Shown one piece after another: positions 51,002 to 61,316 of a stretch of 64,000 bases of DNA. The position numbers were made by a program, and so were the translations under genes. This DNA comes from Promethearchaeota archaeon (GTDB lineage: Archaea > Asgardarchaeota > Lokiarchaeia > Sigyniarchaeales > SOKP01), in the NCBI GenBank assembly GCA_019057795.1, contig JAHLWS010000082.1, positions 32,001-96,000 on the forward strand. The letters run 5' to 3'. How positions within the stretch are numbered: the first letter of the stretch is position 1; every line of letters begins with the position of its first letter. A model generated the notes under the pieces. That model was not told the origin of the DNA, did not search any database, and saw nothing but the letters and a program-made list of their open reading frames with translations.

Positions 51002-51168
51002 TTCACTCGAAGATCTTCCTACACCCGATTTTAATTCTGAATTTGTAGAAGGTGCTTCAGAGTATGATACTGAATTTGTGTTAGAGAAAGAGTCGGCAAC
51101 CTTTGAAAGTGTTTTAAAAGATCTCGGATGGGACGAAGAAGAAGATTAATTAATTTGAAAATCTATTC
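51001..51168 (+). repeat. Direct copy of the 3' end of the roadblock gene (48979-49146)
   Basis: 168-nt ungapped match, 4 mismatches; fused to the pus10 fragment with one shared T at 51001. Confidence 0.95.
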
Positions 51169-51312
51169 ATGTATCAAAAGAATCCAACTTTTTCTAAATA
51201 ATGATTTTTCTTCAGTTAAATTGATAATAAATATTAAATACATTCTTCTCTAATCTATAAATGTTATTAATTTAATAATAAAAGCAAATTAAAAAATAAA
51301 ATTTGAATCGTT

Positions 51313-52659
51313 ATGAGTGATACAGAATTAGAAAGAACTGAAACTACAAAGGGAAAGAAAATTATATTCGGATTTCCAAGGTTAGGTACATCATTAGTAT
51401 TAGGAATCGAAGGATTTGCTGTATTTACGCTCTATTACCTAGGATATGGTTTGAACTCATTTTTAGTAGGGCTTGCTTTATTTATGGGTTATTTGAGTAT
51501 TGCTGCGGGACAATTTTTATTAGGATGGCTTAGTGACGTCAAATATACTAAATTAGGAAGAAGAAAACCATACTTAATAATATTTGGACCTTTATTAGGA
51601 ATATCATTTATATTTCTGTTGTTACCAGCATTAGTTTTGCCAGATATGACCGATAAAAATAGTTTATTTATATGGTTATTAATTTGGGATGTAATTTTTA
51701 GATTTAGCTATTCTGTAACAACGCCTTATCAAGCATGGATGGCAGAAGTATTTCCTGCTTCTGAGCGCCCAAATGTGTCTCAAGTCCAAAATACCTTCAA
51801 TTTTATAGGAAATGGGTTAATGGCAATCATCACTTTACTTGTTTTTACAGGTGTGTTTGAAAAGGTAGCAGCTGATCCTAATGTTATTCCTCCTGAATTT
51901 CTATCGATTGTAGTCGCATTTGGCCTTATTGCTTCAATACTTTTTATTCTAATTGTATTAATAATGCCAACAGAACCAAATTATAAAATGGAATCTAGTC
52001 TATGGGATAATTTAAAAACAATAGTTAAAAATAAAAATTTTATGAAAATTGTTCTCATGCAAGGAATTTCAGGCTTTGGATGGTCAATAACAGTTGCAGT
52101 GATGTTAACTTATACTGAAGCTGTATTATCATTAGGTGGCACAGACTATATCATTGTCGCACTTATATTTCTTCTAAGCATCTTTGTATTTTTATTCTTA
52201 TGGAGAAAACAGATAGAGAGAATAGGGAAAAAGAAAACACTTTTATTAATCTTTTTAATTGCAGTAGTTTTTCTACCAATAACATTACTAGGTTTAATTG
52301 AGGCAATTCCCAATTTAATACTTGGAGTATTCTTTATAACAGGAGTTGGGTTAATTTTAGGCGGGTGGTTCTTATTTCCATATATTATGTATGCAGACAT
52401 TGCCGAAGATGACGAAAAATCTACTGGAGAATTAAAAGCAGGTATTTATACAGGTTTTCCGAGTATAATACTAAACATTTTCCAAGGAATTGGTGTTTTC
52501 TTGCTTGGTCTTATGTTAGGATTGCCTGATGTTACGGTAGGAACCTCAACTTTTTCAATGGGGTTGGTCATTTGGGGTCCAATATGTTCTCTCATCTTAC
52601 TGGTTTCTTATTTCTACACAAGAAAATTTGTCGAACTAGATTTCGAATGGGAAAAATAA
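51313..52659 (+). CDS. MFS transporter (GPH/MelB-like), diverged homolog of 49275..50615
   Basis: GWLSD....LGRRKPY; shares identical MYADIAEDDEKSTGELKAGIYTGFPSI with the other MFS. Confidence 0.9.
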   Translation: MSDTELERTETTKGKKIIFGFPRLGTSLVLGIEGFAVFTLYYLGYGLNSFLVGLALFMGYLSIAAGQFLLGWLSDVKYTKLGRRKPYLIIFGPLLGISFIFLLLPALVLPDMTDKNSLFIWLLIWDVIFRFSYSVTTPYQAWMAEVFPASERPNVSQVQNTFNFIGNGLMAIITLLVFTGVFEKVAADPNVIPPEFLSIVVAFGLIASILFILIVLIMPTEPNYKMESSLWDNLKTIVKNKNFMKIVLMQGISGFGWSITVAVMLTYTEAVLSLGGTDYIIVALIFLLSIFVFLFLWRKQIERIGKKKTLLLIFLIAVVFLPITLLGLIEAIPNLILGVFFITGVGLILGGWFLFPYIMYADIAEDDEKSTGELKAGIYTGFPSIILNIFQGIGVFLLGLMLGLPDVTVGTSTFSMGLVIWGPICSLILLVSYFYTRKFVELDFEWEK

Positions 52660-52677
52660 AAATCCTTTTTTTTTATG

Positions 52678-54493
52678 AGGTTGCAAGTTAATCTTTGTCA
52701 TCGACAAAAACAACCTCTCCTTTTTTTTGTACATTTTGATGATAGTCGTTTTCTGAAGCAATTGTAAGTCCCTTATATTCCCTACTCCTGGTGCGCCTCG
52801 TCGCAGTTGATTTTTTTATGCTCTCAGATAATTCTGCTCTTAATTGCTTGATGAGCTCCTCGGAATATTCTTTCACAATATCAGATCTTAATTCTTCGGT
52901 GGTACAGTGCTTTATACGCAGGTAGTCCTCACCTCGTGTCGCAACCATGTGAGCCACATTAGCTTTCGCAACTCTATTGAACAATGCTTGCTTTTCCTTC
53001 CCAAAACCTTGCTCAAGTTTCATGTTTGTTTTTATAATTTCTGGAAAACCATAATACTGAAACAATCCGGGCAAATAGGACGCCCACAAGCGGCACCATT
53101 CACCCATGATCTCTATAGCGGTTCTTTTTTTACTAGGCAAGAATGACTTGCAATCCTCTAATTGCAGTGTAGAATCCATCAACTTGGCATCACGGAGTAT
53201 TTGGGAATATATATCGCCAAGGCTTGCTTTCTTCACCGTTTTAGAAGTTTTATTATCACCAAACACACCCCGTATTTGTTGAAAGTTACGAAATAAGGGG
53301 AGCGAATGCTTATAATTTTCCTTTACTTCGTGCAATGCAATTTTTAGAACGGCTGCGGTTCTCACGGCTATTTTCGTGAATCGAAAGGTCGGGTCTAAAT
53401 CTTTTATAGTCTGCTCCATGTCTTCAACATACCCTTCTAATGTCTCGTAAAGCCACATCCCTCGCAATTCCTTAAATGTTTTATTACGGACCTTTATCAT
53501 GGCTTGAAAGTCCTTATCAACGCTCTCAAACACCTTTCGAACGGATATTTTTCCAACATTTTCAAAGTAGACCTTAGTGCTTTTAGATGCTGAATGGATG
53601 TATAAACCGTTAATGACCTTTCTAAGGGCTAAATACACGGTGCTATCCAGAGCGACCAAGTGGTTCCACGTATTTCTCAAGAAATGATATTGACAGTATT
53701 GATGCGGAATTTCAAGATAAAAAGTATCATGGCATTTAGTAATCACGTTTTGCTTATCGCTGACCCAGCCGATGATCTTAACCCCGTAAAGCTTGAGGAT
53801 TTCTTCAATAGTATTATATAAGACTTCATGATTGAACGAATCAAACTTGCGGGTGGCTAAGATTCGATTACTAATCAGGTCCATGAAACACCAAATCGAT
53901 GGAGCGTCTCTGCCAGGATCTTGGCCGTCTAGTCCAAGTAAGATATAGCCCTGCTCTTGAATGATTTCTAACGTCTTCTCATCTATCTTTAATGATTTTA
54001 ATTGTAAAATATCATCACACATTCGAGCAATCGTAGCGCTTGAAATGTCTAATTGATAGCTCGTGATCAATCGGTGGTGAATTTGGTCTGGTTTCTGATT
54101 AAAGAGTAAAAACTCATCTGCAACTAATCTAAAAACATCCGCTCCAAAGTATCCATCACCATAATCAAATCTAGGGCTTGGATTAAATGCTTTCTTGCTC
54201 ATTTCACAGACTTCATCCGAACAAGCGTAATAATTCATGACTTGATAGATATCGCCTTCTAGGGTGTGGACAAGCTTGCCTCCATCAGGATACTTGAACT
54301 TTACTTTACTTCCACAGACGATACAAGCCTTATTTAACTCTTTTGGATATGAAATCCTCACGGTTTCATGGTTTTCTGAATAAGTTTTGCGATTCATTAT
54401 AATATAAAGGGTCATGCTTCTATTTCAACTTTTTGTTAGTTTTGTCGCCAACCTTAAGCTCACATGAAGGGAACTAAGATTAACTTGCAACCT
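52678..54493 (-). mobile_element. Mutator-like (IS256/ISH6-related) insertion sequence
   Basis: Perfect 18-bp TIR AGGTTGCAAGTTAATCTT at 52678-52695, reverse complement at 54476-54493; flanked by poly-T; TSD unresolved. Confidence 0.85.
52688..54415 (-). CDS. DDE transposase, Mutator-like
   Basis: N-terminal CxxC..CxxxxC, LDG (D1), VSD (D2), CQYH (CxxH signature), TNMKLE (E). Confidence 0.85.
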   Translation of the reverse strand: MTLYIIMNRKTYSENHETVRISYPKELNKACIVCGSKVKFKYPDGGKLVHTLEGDIYQVMNYYACSDEVCEMSKKAFNPSPRFDYGDGYFGADVFRLVADEFLLFNQKPDQIHHRLITSYQLDISSATIARMCDDILQLKSLKIDEKTLEIIQEQGYILLGLDGQDPGRDAPSIWCFMDLISNRILATRKFDSFNHEVLYNTIEEILKLYGVKIIGWVSDKQNVITKCHDTFYLEIPHQYCQYHFLRNTWNHLVALDSTVYLALRKVINGLYIHSASKSTKVYFENVGKISVRKVFESVDKDFQAMIKVRNKTFKELRGMWLYETLEGYVEDMEQTIKDLDPTFRFTKIAVRTAAVLKIALHEVKENYKHSLPLFRNFQQIRGVFGDNKTSKTVKKASLGDIYSQILRDAKLMDSTLQLEDCKSFLPSKKRTAIEIMGEWCRLWASYLPGLFQYYGFPEIIKTNMKLEQGFGKEKQALFNRVAKANVAHMVATRGEDYLRIKHCTTEELRSDIVKEYSEELIKQLRAELSESIKKSTATRRTRSREYKGLTIASENDYHQNVQKKGEVVFVDDKD

Positions 54494-54565
54494 TATATTT
54501 TTTTTTTTTTTATGAAATGAAAGATCATTAAAAACAAAAACAATACCTAATTATTTTAATAGAGT

Positions 54566-55921
54566 ATGGATATTTTTGACAAAGTTTTAGAGATTTACCA
54601 ACAATATTACATTTGCCCACATTGTTTAGGTAGAATGTTCTCCTTGTTAGGAACTGATACAACCAATTACGATAGAGGTATATCTCTCTTGCTGGCAATT
54701 ACTATGGAAAATCACAGAACATATTTAGCCCGAGACGAAGACCACGCGAGTGCTATCGTTAAATTAAGAACGCTAGCAGAAAAAGCGTTATACACGCCCG
54801 CTCAAAGCGTTTTAAAGAAAGAAGGTTTTGAATATAACAAGGTTAGTATAGTTGAAAAATGTTATTTGTGTGAAGATATTTTTACCCAAATCCATAAATA
54901 TGCCAAAAAAGCAGAAGAAAAACTCCAAAATATTGAGTTCAAAAACTTTCTTGTAGGAACTACCGTTAACTCTCAAATTGTCAACAGAGAAGATAACTTT
55001 AAAGCTCAATTCACTTTACTAAATTCTGAGTCGTTTAAAAGTCATTTTAACCGAGAAGTTGGAAAATGTCTATCAATAATTATAGAAAAACCCGTAGAAT
55101 TTGCCAAACCTGATATAACGGTTGTTTACTCGTTAAATCTTGACTCATTTGAAATTAATTTGCTCATAAGATCAATTTTTATCTATGGACGATATAATAA
55201 GTTTCTTAGAGGGATTCCACAAACTCATTGGGGCTGTAGGACATGTAGAGGAAAAGGCTGTGAAGAGTGCAATTTTTCTGGAAAGCAATATAAAACTAGT
55301 GTAGAAGAAATTATTAACCCAGAATTCGTTAATGAAGCAAAAGCAGAAGGCTCAAAGTTCCACGGGGCTGGGAGAGAGGATATTGATGTGAGGATGTTAG
55401 GGGAAGGTAGACCCTACATTTTAGAACTAATAAAACCTAAAATAAGATTTTTAGAGCTAGAAAAAATACAAAAAAAAGTTAACAAAAGAAACAAAAGAAA
55501 AGTTAGAATTAACGAGTTAAAGTATAGTAATAAAGAACAAGTTAAATCTCTAAAGCTAGACGCTGAAAACACCAGAAAGGTGTATAGAGCCTTGACTTAC
55601 TCTAATGAGAAAGTAACAAAAGAAAATTTTGGAGATTTATTAAAAAAATTAAAAGATACGCTTGAAAACAAAAAAATACATCAAAGAACACCTGTCAGAG
55701 TGTCTCATCGTCGTGCAGATAAAATTAGAAAAAAAAAAATCTATCTATTAGAAGGAAAATTCGTTAAACCGGGCGTATTTGAATTTCTCATTGAAACTCA
55801 GGGAGGAACTTACATTAAAGAACTCATAAGCGGCGATAATGGACGAACAACGCCATCAATTACGGAAATATTTGGTTTTTCAATTGTTTGTAAGAAATTA
55901 GATGTTCTAAAAATATGTTAG
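54566..55921 (+). CDS. pus10: tRNA pseudouridine(54/55) synthase Pus10
   Basis: CPHCLGR, GRYNK..RGIPQT, FHGAGREDIDVRMLG.GRP, QRTP.RV.HRR, GGTYIKELI.GD.GRT.PS. Confidence 0.96.
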   Translation: MDIFDKVLEIYQQYYICPHCLGRMFSLLGTDTTNYDRGISLLLAITMENHRTYLARDEDHASAIVKLRTLAEKALYTPAQSVLKKEGFEYNKVSIVEKCYLCEDIFTQIHKYAKKAEEKLQNIEFKNFLVGTTVNSQIVNREDNFKAQFTLLNSESFKSHFNREVGKCLSIIIEKPVEFAKPDITVVYSLNLDSFEINLLIRSIFIYGRYNKFLRGIPQTHWGCRTCRGKGCEECNFSGKQYKTSVEEIINPEFVNEAKAEGSKFHGAGREDIDVRMLGEGRPYILELIKPKIRFLELEKIQKKVNKRNKRKVRINELKYSNKEQVKSLKLDAENTRKVYRALTYSNEKVTKENFGDLLKKLKDTLENKKIHQRTPVRVSHRRADKIRKKKIYLLEGKFVKPGVFEFLIETQGGTYIKELISGDNGRTTPSITEIFGFSIVCKKLDVLKIC

Positions 55922-56032
55922 TTAACTTGTTAAAGTTGTTAAATCAAAAAATAAATAAATTATGTTTCATATTTTGTCTAAAATACTTGATTTTATAATA
56001 AAAAATAATTCAATATAGCGAAGGGAGTCAAT

Positions 56033-56338
56033 TTGACTTTACATAAAGGTTATAGAAATAAATCGCGTCAAAGACATAGGAAAAATGTACGAGATAGAGG
56101 TTTGGGTTCTATAGAAAAATACTTAATCGATTATGAAATCAACGATAAAGTGGATGTTATTACCGACCCATCGCAACATAAGAGAGGATTTCCCCACAGG
56201 AGATATCATGGGTTAACTGGCACGGTTATCGGTAAAAGAGGGCGCTGCTACGAAGTTCAGGTCAAAATAGGAAATAATAAGAAAATGTTAATAATTGGAA
56301 AGGAACATTTACGAACTAATAGGGGAACTGCAAAATAA
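56033..56338 (+). CDS. rpl21e: 50S ribosomal protein L21e
   Basis: GYR..SR, DPS.H...PHRRYHGLTG.V, EHL. Confidence 0.95.
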   Translation: MTLHKGYRNKSRQRHRKNVRDRGLGSIEKYLIDYEINDKVDVITDPSQHKRGFPHRRYHGLTGTVIGKRGRCYEVQVKIGNNKKMLIIGKEHLRTNRGTAK

Positions 56339-56362
56339 TTTATAATATTAGCTAAAAAATCA

Positions 56363-56737
56363 GTGATTTGTATGTCTGGACGTAAAATAAGTGAAAAAAC
56401 TATTTCTATACCCGAAGTAAAAAAAATGATGGAAATAGTTAAGCAAAGAAAAGAAAAAATTGACCCTGAAGAGGGACTTACTCATTTTCAAGAAATTACA
56501 TATAATTATGTAAATAAATTTGCTAAAATGAGCGAGAAAGATGCAATTAAAATTCAAAAATTTTTAATAGACAAATATGAAATCGAAGAAATTTACGCAA
56601 TAAATGTCGTAAACATTGATCCTCATACCATCCAAGAGCTTAGAATGATTTTAGAGAAAAGTTTCATTGGAAAAACATTAAATGAAGAAAATTTGCAAGA
56701 GCTTCTCGCTCAAATAGAAGAACTAAAAACTTCTTAA
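56363..56737 (+). CDS. rpo4: RNA polymerase subunit Rpo4/F (likely start ATG 56372)
   Basis: ISIPEVK, Y..KFAK, A..VVNI.P....ELR; conserved position after rpl21e. Confidence 0.88.
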   Translation: MICMSGRKISEKTISIPEVKKMMEIVKQRKEKIDPEEGLTHFQEITYNYVNKFAKMSEKDAIKIQKFLIDKYEIEEIYAINVVNIDPHTIQELRMILEKSFIGKTLNEENLQELLAQIEELKTS

Positions 56738-56891
56738 ACGGATTCTTACTATATATCTTTAAAAAGTAAGTTAAACAACGAAGAATTTATAAATTCTAAT
56801 TGTTTTAATTTTTATTGAGCAATCCTTATTAAAAAAGGAATATTCAAAATTTAAATAATTATGCATATCGGGAAAGTAAACAATAAGATAA

Positions 56892-57551
56892 TTGGTAGGT
56901 ATGGAAAGGAATCGAGATCGATACAGAAGGCCTCCTCGCAGACCCAAGTATCAAAGAAGAGAGCCAAGGAAAAAGAAACAATTTATCAAAAAATTTCGAG
57001 AACTAGTAATACTAGATATATTATTGCACGGTCATCCAGAAGAAGATAAACCTAGTTGGAGTAAAACACCAATTGCTCAAGTTCTTACTTTTCCGGACTT
57101 TGTCCTTTATGAAGTTAAATGTAATAGAGACTCTGAGATTAAAATTCAAGAAAAAAATACTTATGAAGTGTTTTTGATACAAAACAAACTTAAAGAAGTT
57201 TTGAAGAAAATTGATTATAAAGATTTAACAAACACTTCAAAAGCTCTAATTCAACCTATTCTTGAAAAAGAAATATTAAATTACGAAGAAGAATTCCTAA
57301 ATTTCTTTAATAACTCTACATCAATAACTCCAAGAATGCACTCTCTTAAGTTATTACCTGGCATCGGTCAAAAGCACATGTGGGAAATAATAGAGGCAAG
57401 AAATAGACAAAAATTCACAACCTTTCAAGATATAACTGACCGGACAAGTTTATCTCACCCCACAAAGCAGCTTGCTCAAAGAATAATCAAAGAATTGCAA
57501 CGTGAGGGAATAAAATATTACTTATTTTCGAAGACACGCAGATACGAATGA
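56892..57551 (+). CDS. DUF655 putative RNA-binding protein
   Basis: ILD.L.HG, FFN....ITPRMHSL.LLPGIG.K.MW.II; conserved synteny. Confidence 0.9.
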   Translation: MVGMERNRDRYRRPPRRPKYQRREPRKKKQFIKKFRELVILDILLHGHPEEDKPSWSKTPIAQVLTFPDFVLYEVKCNRDSEIKIQEKNTYEVFLIQNKLKEVLKKIDYKDLTNTSKALIQPILEKEILNYEEEFLNFFNNSTSITPRMHSLKLLPGIGQKHMWEIIEARNRQKFTTFQDITDRTSLSHPTKQLAQRIIKELQREGIKYYLFSKTRRYE

Positions 57552-58417
57552 ATAACATGAATAAAAGAGAAACTCAACTTATTTTAAATGAATTAGGAAT
57601 AATACCTAATAAAAGACTAGGCCAGAACTTTCTGTTTGACAAAACTATTGTAAAAAAAATAATATTAGAATCGCAAATTTCAGAAGACGAAGTAATATTA
57701 GAGATTGGCCCGGGTTTAGGCGCACTAACAGAAGAACTATTGAAGTTTTCTAAAAAAGTCTACGCTTATGAAATAGATTTTAAATTATTTCAATATCTTA
57801 AAGACAAATTTTCTCAAATTGAAAATATTGAGGTCATAAATGAGGATATATTAAAAGCAAATATTCCCCCACATAATATCATAGTCTCAAACATCCCTTA
57901 TTCCATTACTGGACCTATTTTTGAAAAAGTTTTTTATAACGAAAAACCTCCTCGAGGGATTTTAATAATTGAAAATAGTATTGCAGAAAGAATATTTATA
58001 CAAAATAAATACAAGGATTTCTCACGAATAACGGTTAGTTTCAACGCTTTCATGATACCTGTAAAAAAATATAATATCTCTCGATTAAAGTTTTTTCCAG
58101 CTCCAAGGATTGATTTATCTTTAATAATTGTTAAACCTAGAGAAAATCTTAACCCCTTTTTATTATCTGACAAGAATAGGGCGTTTTTTTTAAGGTTTAT
58201 CGCTGGAATAATGCCTTACAAGAATAAAAACATTGTAAATGCAATAAGTTTGTTTCTAAAGAATGAGAAGGTAATAAATTTTCCAAAACCAAAAATTCTT
58301 CAGTATTTAAAAAATCAAAATATAAATAATGAGAAAGTAACAAAATTTAAAGTCGACGAACTCGTGAAATTAAGCAAGTTAATCTTTGAATTAATATATG
58401 AATCCCCTTCAATTTAG
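57548..58417 (+). CDS. rsmA: 16S rRNA m6,6A dimethyltransferase
   Basis: KRLGQNFL, LEIGPGLG.LT, EID, SNIPYSI, F.PAPRID. Confidence 0.95.
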   Translation: MNNMNKRETQLILNELGIIPNKRLGQNFLFDKTIVKKIILESQISEDEVILEIGPGLGALTEELLKFSKKVYAYEIDFKLFQYLKDKFSQIENIEVINEDILKANIPPHNIIVSNIPYSITGPIFEKVFYNEKPPRGILIIENSIAERIFIQNKYKDFSRITVSFNAFMIPVKKYNISRLKFFPAPRIDLSLIIVKPRENLNPFLLSDKNRAFFLRFIAGIMPYKNKNIVNAISLFLKNEKVINFPKPKILQYLKNQNINNEKVTKFKVDELVKLSKLIFELIYESPSI

Positions 58418-59116
58418 ATGGTGAGAACAATATACTCTTTTCCTGAACCAAAGATCAATAATGTTTTTAACGATGTATATTCGCCTTCTGAAGATAGTTA
58501 CTTAATTATGGACTATTTTAGTGAAAATATCGATGAAAATTATTTTGATGGGTTTGAATTAGCTAAAATTAGAAACATCTTGGATATGGGCACTGGAACT
58601 GGAATAATCGCAATATTTTTACAGTTAATTAAAATTATTGTTCCAAAATTTTCACCTCAAATTTACGCTTCAGATATACTTGAAAATGCAATTAAATGCG
58701 CAATTTCAAACGAAAACGCTAATAATTTAGAAAATAAAATAGAATTTATCCAGTCGGATCTGTTTAAAACGTTTCCCTCTATTCTTCAGAACTCGTTTAA
58801 CATTTTAATTTTTAATCCACCCTACTTGCCTTCTATTAAGATTAAAAATGAAGATGGGGTTAAGAAAAACACCGATTATTGTTGGAATGGTGGAAAAGAG
58901 GGCTTTGAGGTATTCCTTGAATTTATTCGAGATGTCAAATCTTTTATTGATCCAAATCAAAAGTTTTACATTTATTATATCAGTTCAAGCACAACCAATT
59001 TAAAAAAATTGAACGATAATTTAAATATACAAGGCTTTAAGAACACAATTTTAAGGAAAAAGCATGTTTTTTTCGAAGATATTATTTTGAATCGTTTGGA
59101 AAAAAGATATGATTAA
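58418..59116 (+). CDS. HemK2/MTQ2-family methyltransferase
   Basis: VYSPSEDSYL, LDMGTGTG, SDLF, FNPPY, GG.EG. Confidence 0.9.
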   Translation: MVRTIYSFPEPKINNVFNDVYSPSEDSYLIMDYFSENIDENYFDGFELAKIRNILDMGTGTGIIAIFLQLIKIIVPKFSPQIYASDILENAIKCAISNENANNLENKIEFIQSDLFKTFPSILQNSFNILIFNPPYLPSIKIKNEDGVKKNTDYCWNGGKEGFEVFLEFIRDVKSFIDPNQKFYIYYISSSTTNLKKLNDNLNIQGFKNTILRKKHVFFEDIILNRLEKRYD

Positions 59117-60393
59117 AATGGCCTTCTAGTTCTACGTTTTTCTAATAATGAGACTCCATAGCTATTTAAAGTTCTTGATAAATTATTAAATAATAAATTA
59201 ACCTCGGCAGGTTTAAAAACAGCTCTTCTATGAGCTTCAATTTGAGGAATAGGTAAACCATAGTATTCATTTAAGCTAGAGATAGGCAAGAGGATAGACG
59301 ATATCAAATCGGCTTTTTCTGAAGCATCTTTTAAAGAGTGTTTCTCGTCCATAAAAAACTCAATTCTACATGGAGTATCATGAAGCGTGGTTTTAAGGTA
59401 AAACGCATAAAAACTAAAGGGAAAATAATATGGTATTTCTTTCTTTATACCGGTATCCCTAATTTTGTCAAGTTCCTTTTTACAATTGAAGATACAGCTT
59501 CTTTCTGATTTCTTTAAAACTCTATTGAATAAATCTAAATCGGAAAAATAGTCTACTATTTGGCGATAATTGATTTTTATAAAATCTGTTAATTTCGTAG
59601 TGCTTGGCTTCAACATCTGAATGGAATTCCTTATTAAATGGGTTAGTGCTGAAGTTCGCGTATCTTTTATTGAGCCTATTAATATTATTCCCTTTTCAAT
59701 ACAATTAGAATATAATGTTTGATATTCTTTCAATAATTTATCATATTTTATAGAAATCTCAAGATCTTTGGAAAAGATTAAATTTATAGGCATAATAACG
59801 ATTGAGCCATCTATAATAATTAAATCTATTGAGTTATTTTTTTCAATTAAATTATTTAAGAGTTTAATTTCCATAAAGGTCATATCCATAGAAACCTTAG
59901 TTTCCACAGCATTCTCTTCACAGTTTATGTAATTTGCTTTTACCATGTAATTATTAAACCCTGTTATGTCTGGAAAATAATCTATTTTAGAAATATGATT
60001 TTTATAGAAATAATAATTCACAGCTATGGCTTTCAAAAAGGAAAAATCTACATTCATGAACTTTTTTACTACAGAACTTCCATCGACGCTAACAACATTT
60101 AAACCTCTTATGTTTGAAGATGATATTTGCTTTTTAACTAGATTTTCTTTAATATTGTAATTAGGGTATTTTATAAATTCTGAAAAATCTAAATTCTCAC
60201 GATTATCAAGTAAACTTTTAGTAAATTTATTTTTTAAACGTTCAATTTCTAAGTATTCTTGAGCGATTATTTTTAAATCTATCAATAATAATTGTTCTTT
60301 TGTTAAACCTGATTCATTAGAACGAGTGGTATTTTTGATATATTGATTGGATTTGGTAACATTTGAATTTGAAAAATTATCTCTAATAGTCAT
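59113..60393 (-). CDS. nurA: NurA-family nuclease
   Basis: VDGS, E, IIDGS, IKD, RIEF, GLP.PQIEAH..A. Confidence 0.85.
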   Translation of the reverse strand: MTIRDNFSNSNVTKSNQYIKNTTRSNESGLTKEQLLLIDLKIIAQEYLEIERLKNKFTKSLLDNRENLDFSEFIKYPNYNIKENLVKKQISSSNIRGLNVVSVDGSSVVKKFMNVDFSFLKAIAVNYYFYKNHISKIDYFPDITGFNNYMVKANYINCEENAVETKVSMDMTFMEIKLLNNLIEKNNSIDLIIIDGSIVIMPINLIFSKDLEISIKYDKLLKEYQTLYSNCIEKGIILIGSIKDTRTSALTHLIRNSIQMLKPSTTKLTDFIKINYRQIVDYFSDLDLFNRVLKKSERSCIFNCKKELDKIRDTGIKKEIPYYFPFSFYAFYLKTTLHDTPCRIEFFMDEKHSLKDASEKADLISSILLPISSLNEYYGLPIPQIEAHRRAVFKPAEVNLLFNNLSRTLNSYGVSLLEKRRTRRPF

Positions 60394-60489
60394 CTAAATT
60401 TATAATGAAGAGAGTTAATATTAATAACGATGAGAGATTAAATTTTATAATTTTTTTCCAATTCGAATCATTAGAACTCTTTAATAAAA

Positions 60490-61143
60490 ATGGCTATTAA
60501 TTTAGGAAGAGATCCATCGTTACTAATCGTTATTACATTTTTCGAGATTTTCTTAATCCTTATACCTGCTTTAATTGCTTCAAAAATAGAAAAAAGACCA
60601 ATTATCGAAGAATTTAGAGAAATGGGTTTTCAAAAGAAACCAAATAGTTTAAAAAATTTTTCCCTAAAAATTTTCCTTGGATTACTAATTGGAACCTTAT
60701 TTTATTTCTTTAGTAGTTTTGTTTTATCTTTTTTTACAAATTTTATAGTGCAAACTTTGTTTGGAACGCAATTTGTTGAGCAGGGGGTAGAAAATGCGAT
60801 CATTACAGCGCCTTTTAATCCCACAATTACCCAATTGATAATTATTATAACGATTCAAATAATTATTGTTGGTCCGTGTGAAGAAGGCTTTTTCAGAGGT
60901 TTTATTATAAAAAAAAGCCAGAAGAAAATGAAGCTAATATATTCAGTTATATTATCCACATTCATTTTCACAATTTATCATGTTCCTCCTTTCCTTGTCC
61001 CAGTATCAACAATTATTACTTTTTTCGGATATTTCTTCACGCTTGGAACTTTATTGGCTCTAACTTTCATATTTTTTAAGAATTCTTTACTCCCGAGCTC
61101 TATCGCTCATTCTATATTTAACATACTAATTCTAATATTATGA
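60490..61143 (+). CDS. CPBP family intramembrane metalloprotease
   Basis: EEGFFRG, FTIYH, AHSIFN all intact. Confidence 0.88.
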   Translation: MAINLGRDPSLLIVITFFEIFLILIPALIASKIEKRPIIEEFREMGFQKKPNSLKNFSLKIFLGLLIGTLFYFFSSFVLSFFTNFIVQTLFGTQFVEQGVENAIITAPFNPTITQLIIIITIQIIIVGPCEEGFFRGFIIKKSQKKMKLIYSVILSTFIFTIYHVPPFLVPVSTIITFFGYFFTLGTLLALTFIFFKNSLLPSSIAHSIFNILILIL

Positions 61144-61316
61144 GTTTATGTATAATTATGATAAAATGTTTAAAAGTATTGAAAAATAAATAAAAAACAT
61201 ACATTTAAAAAATCTTGCAAAGATAAATATAATTAGTTCAATCGAAAACAATATTAATTAAATTTAAGGATCAATAAAACATAAAATTAAAAATAATTAC
61301 AAGTCGCTTATACGGG

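Noticed and set aside
50855-51034. Functional Pus10-roadblock fusion protein
   Set aside because: The junction is out of frame with the roadblock tail and stops after 10 codons; treated as a rearrangement scar
56861-57049. 62-aa alternative-frame ORF overlapping the DUF655 start
   Set aside because: Overlaps a conserved gene in another frame; no independent support
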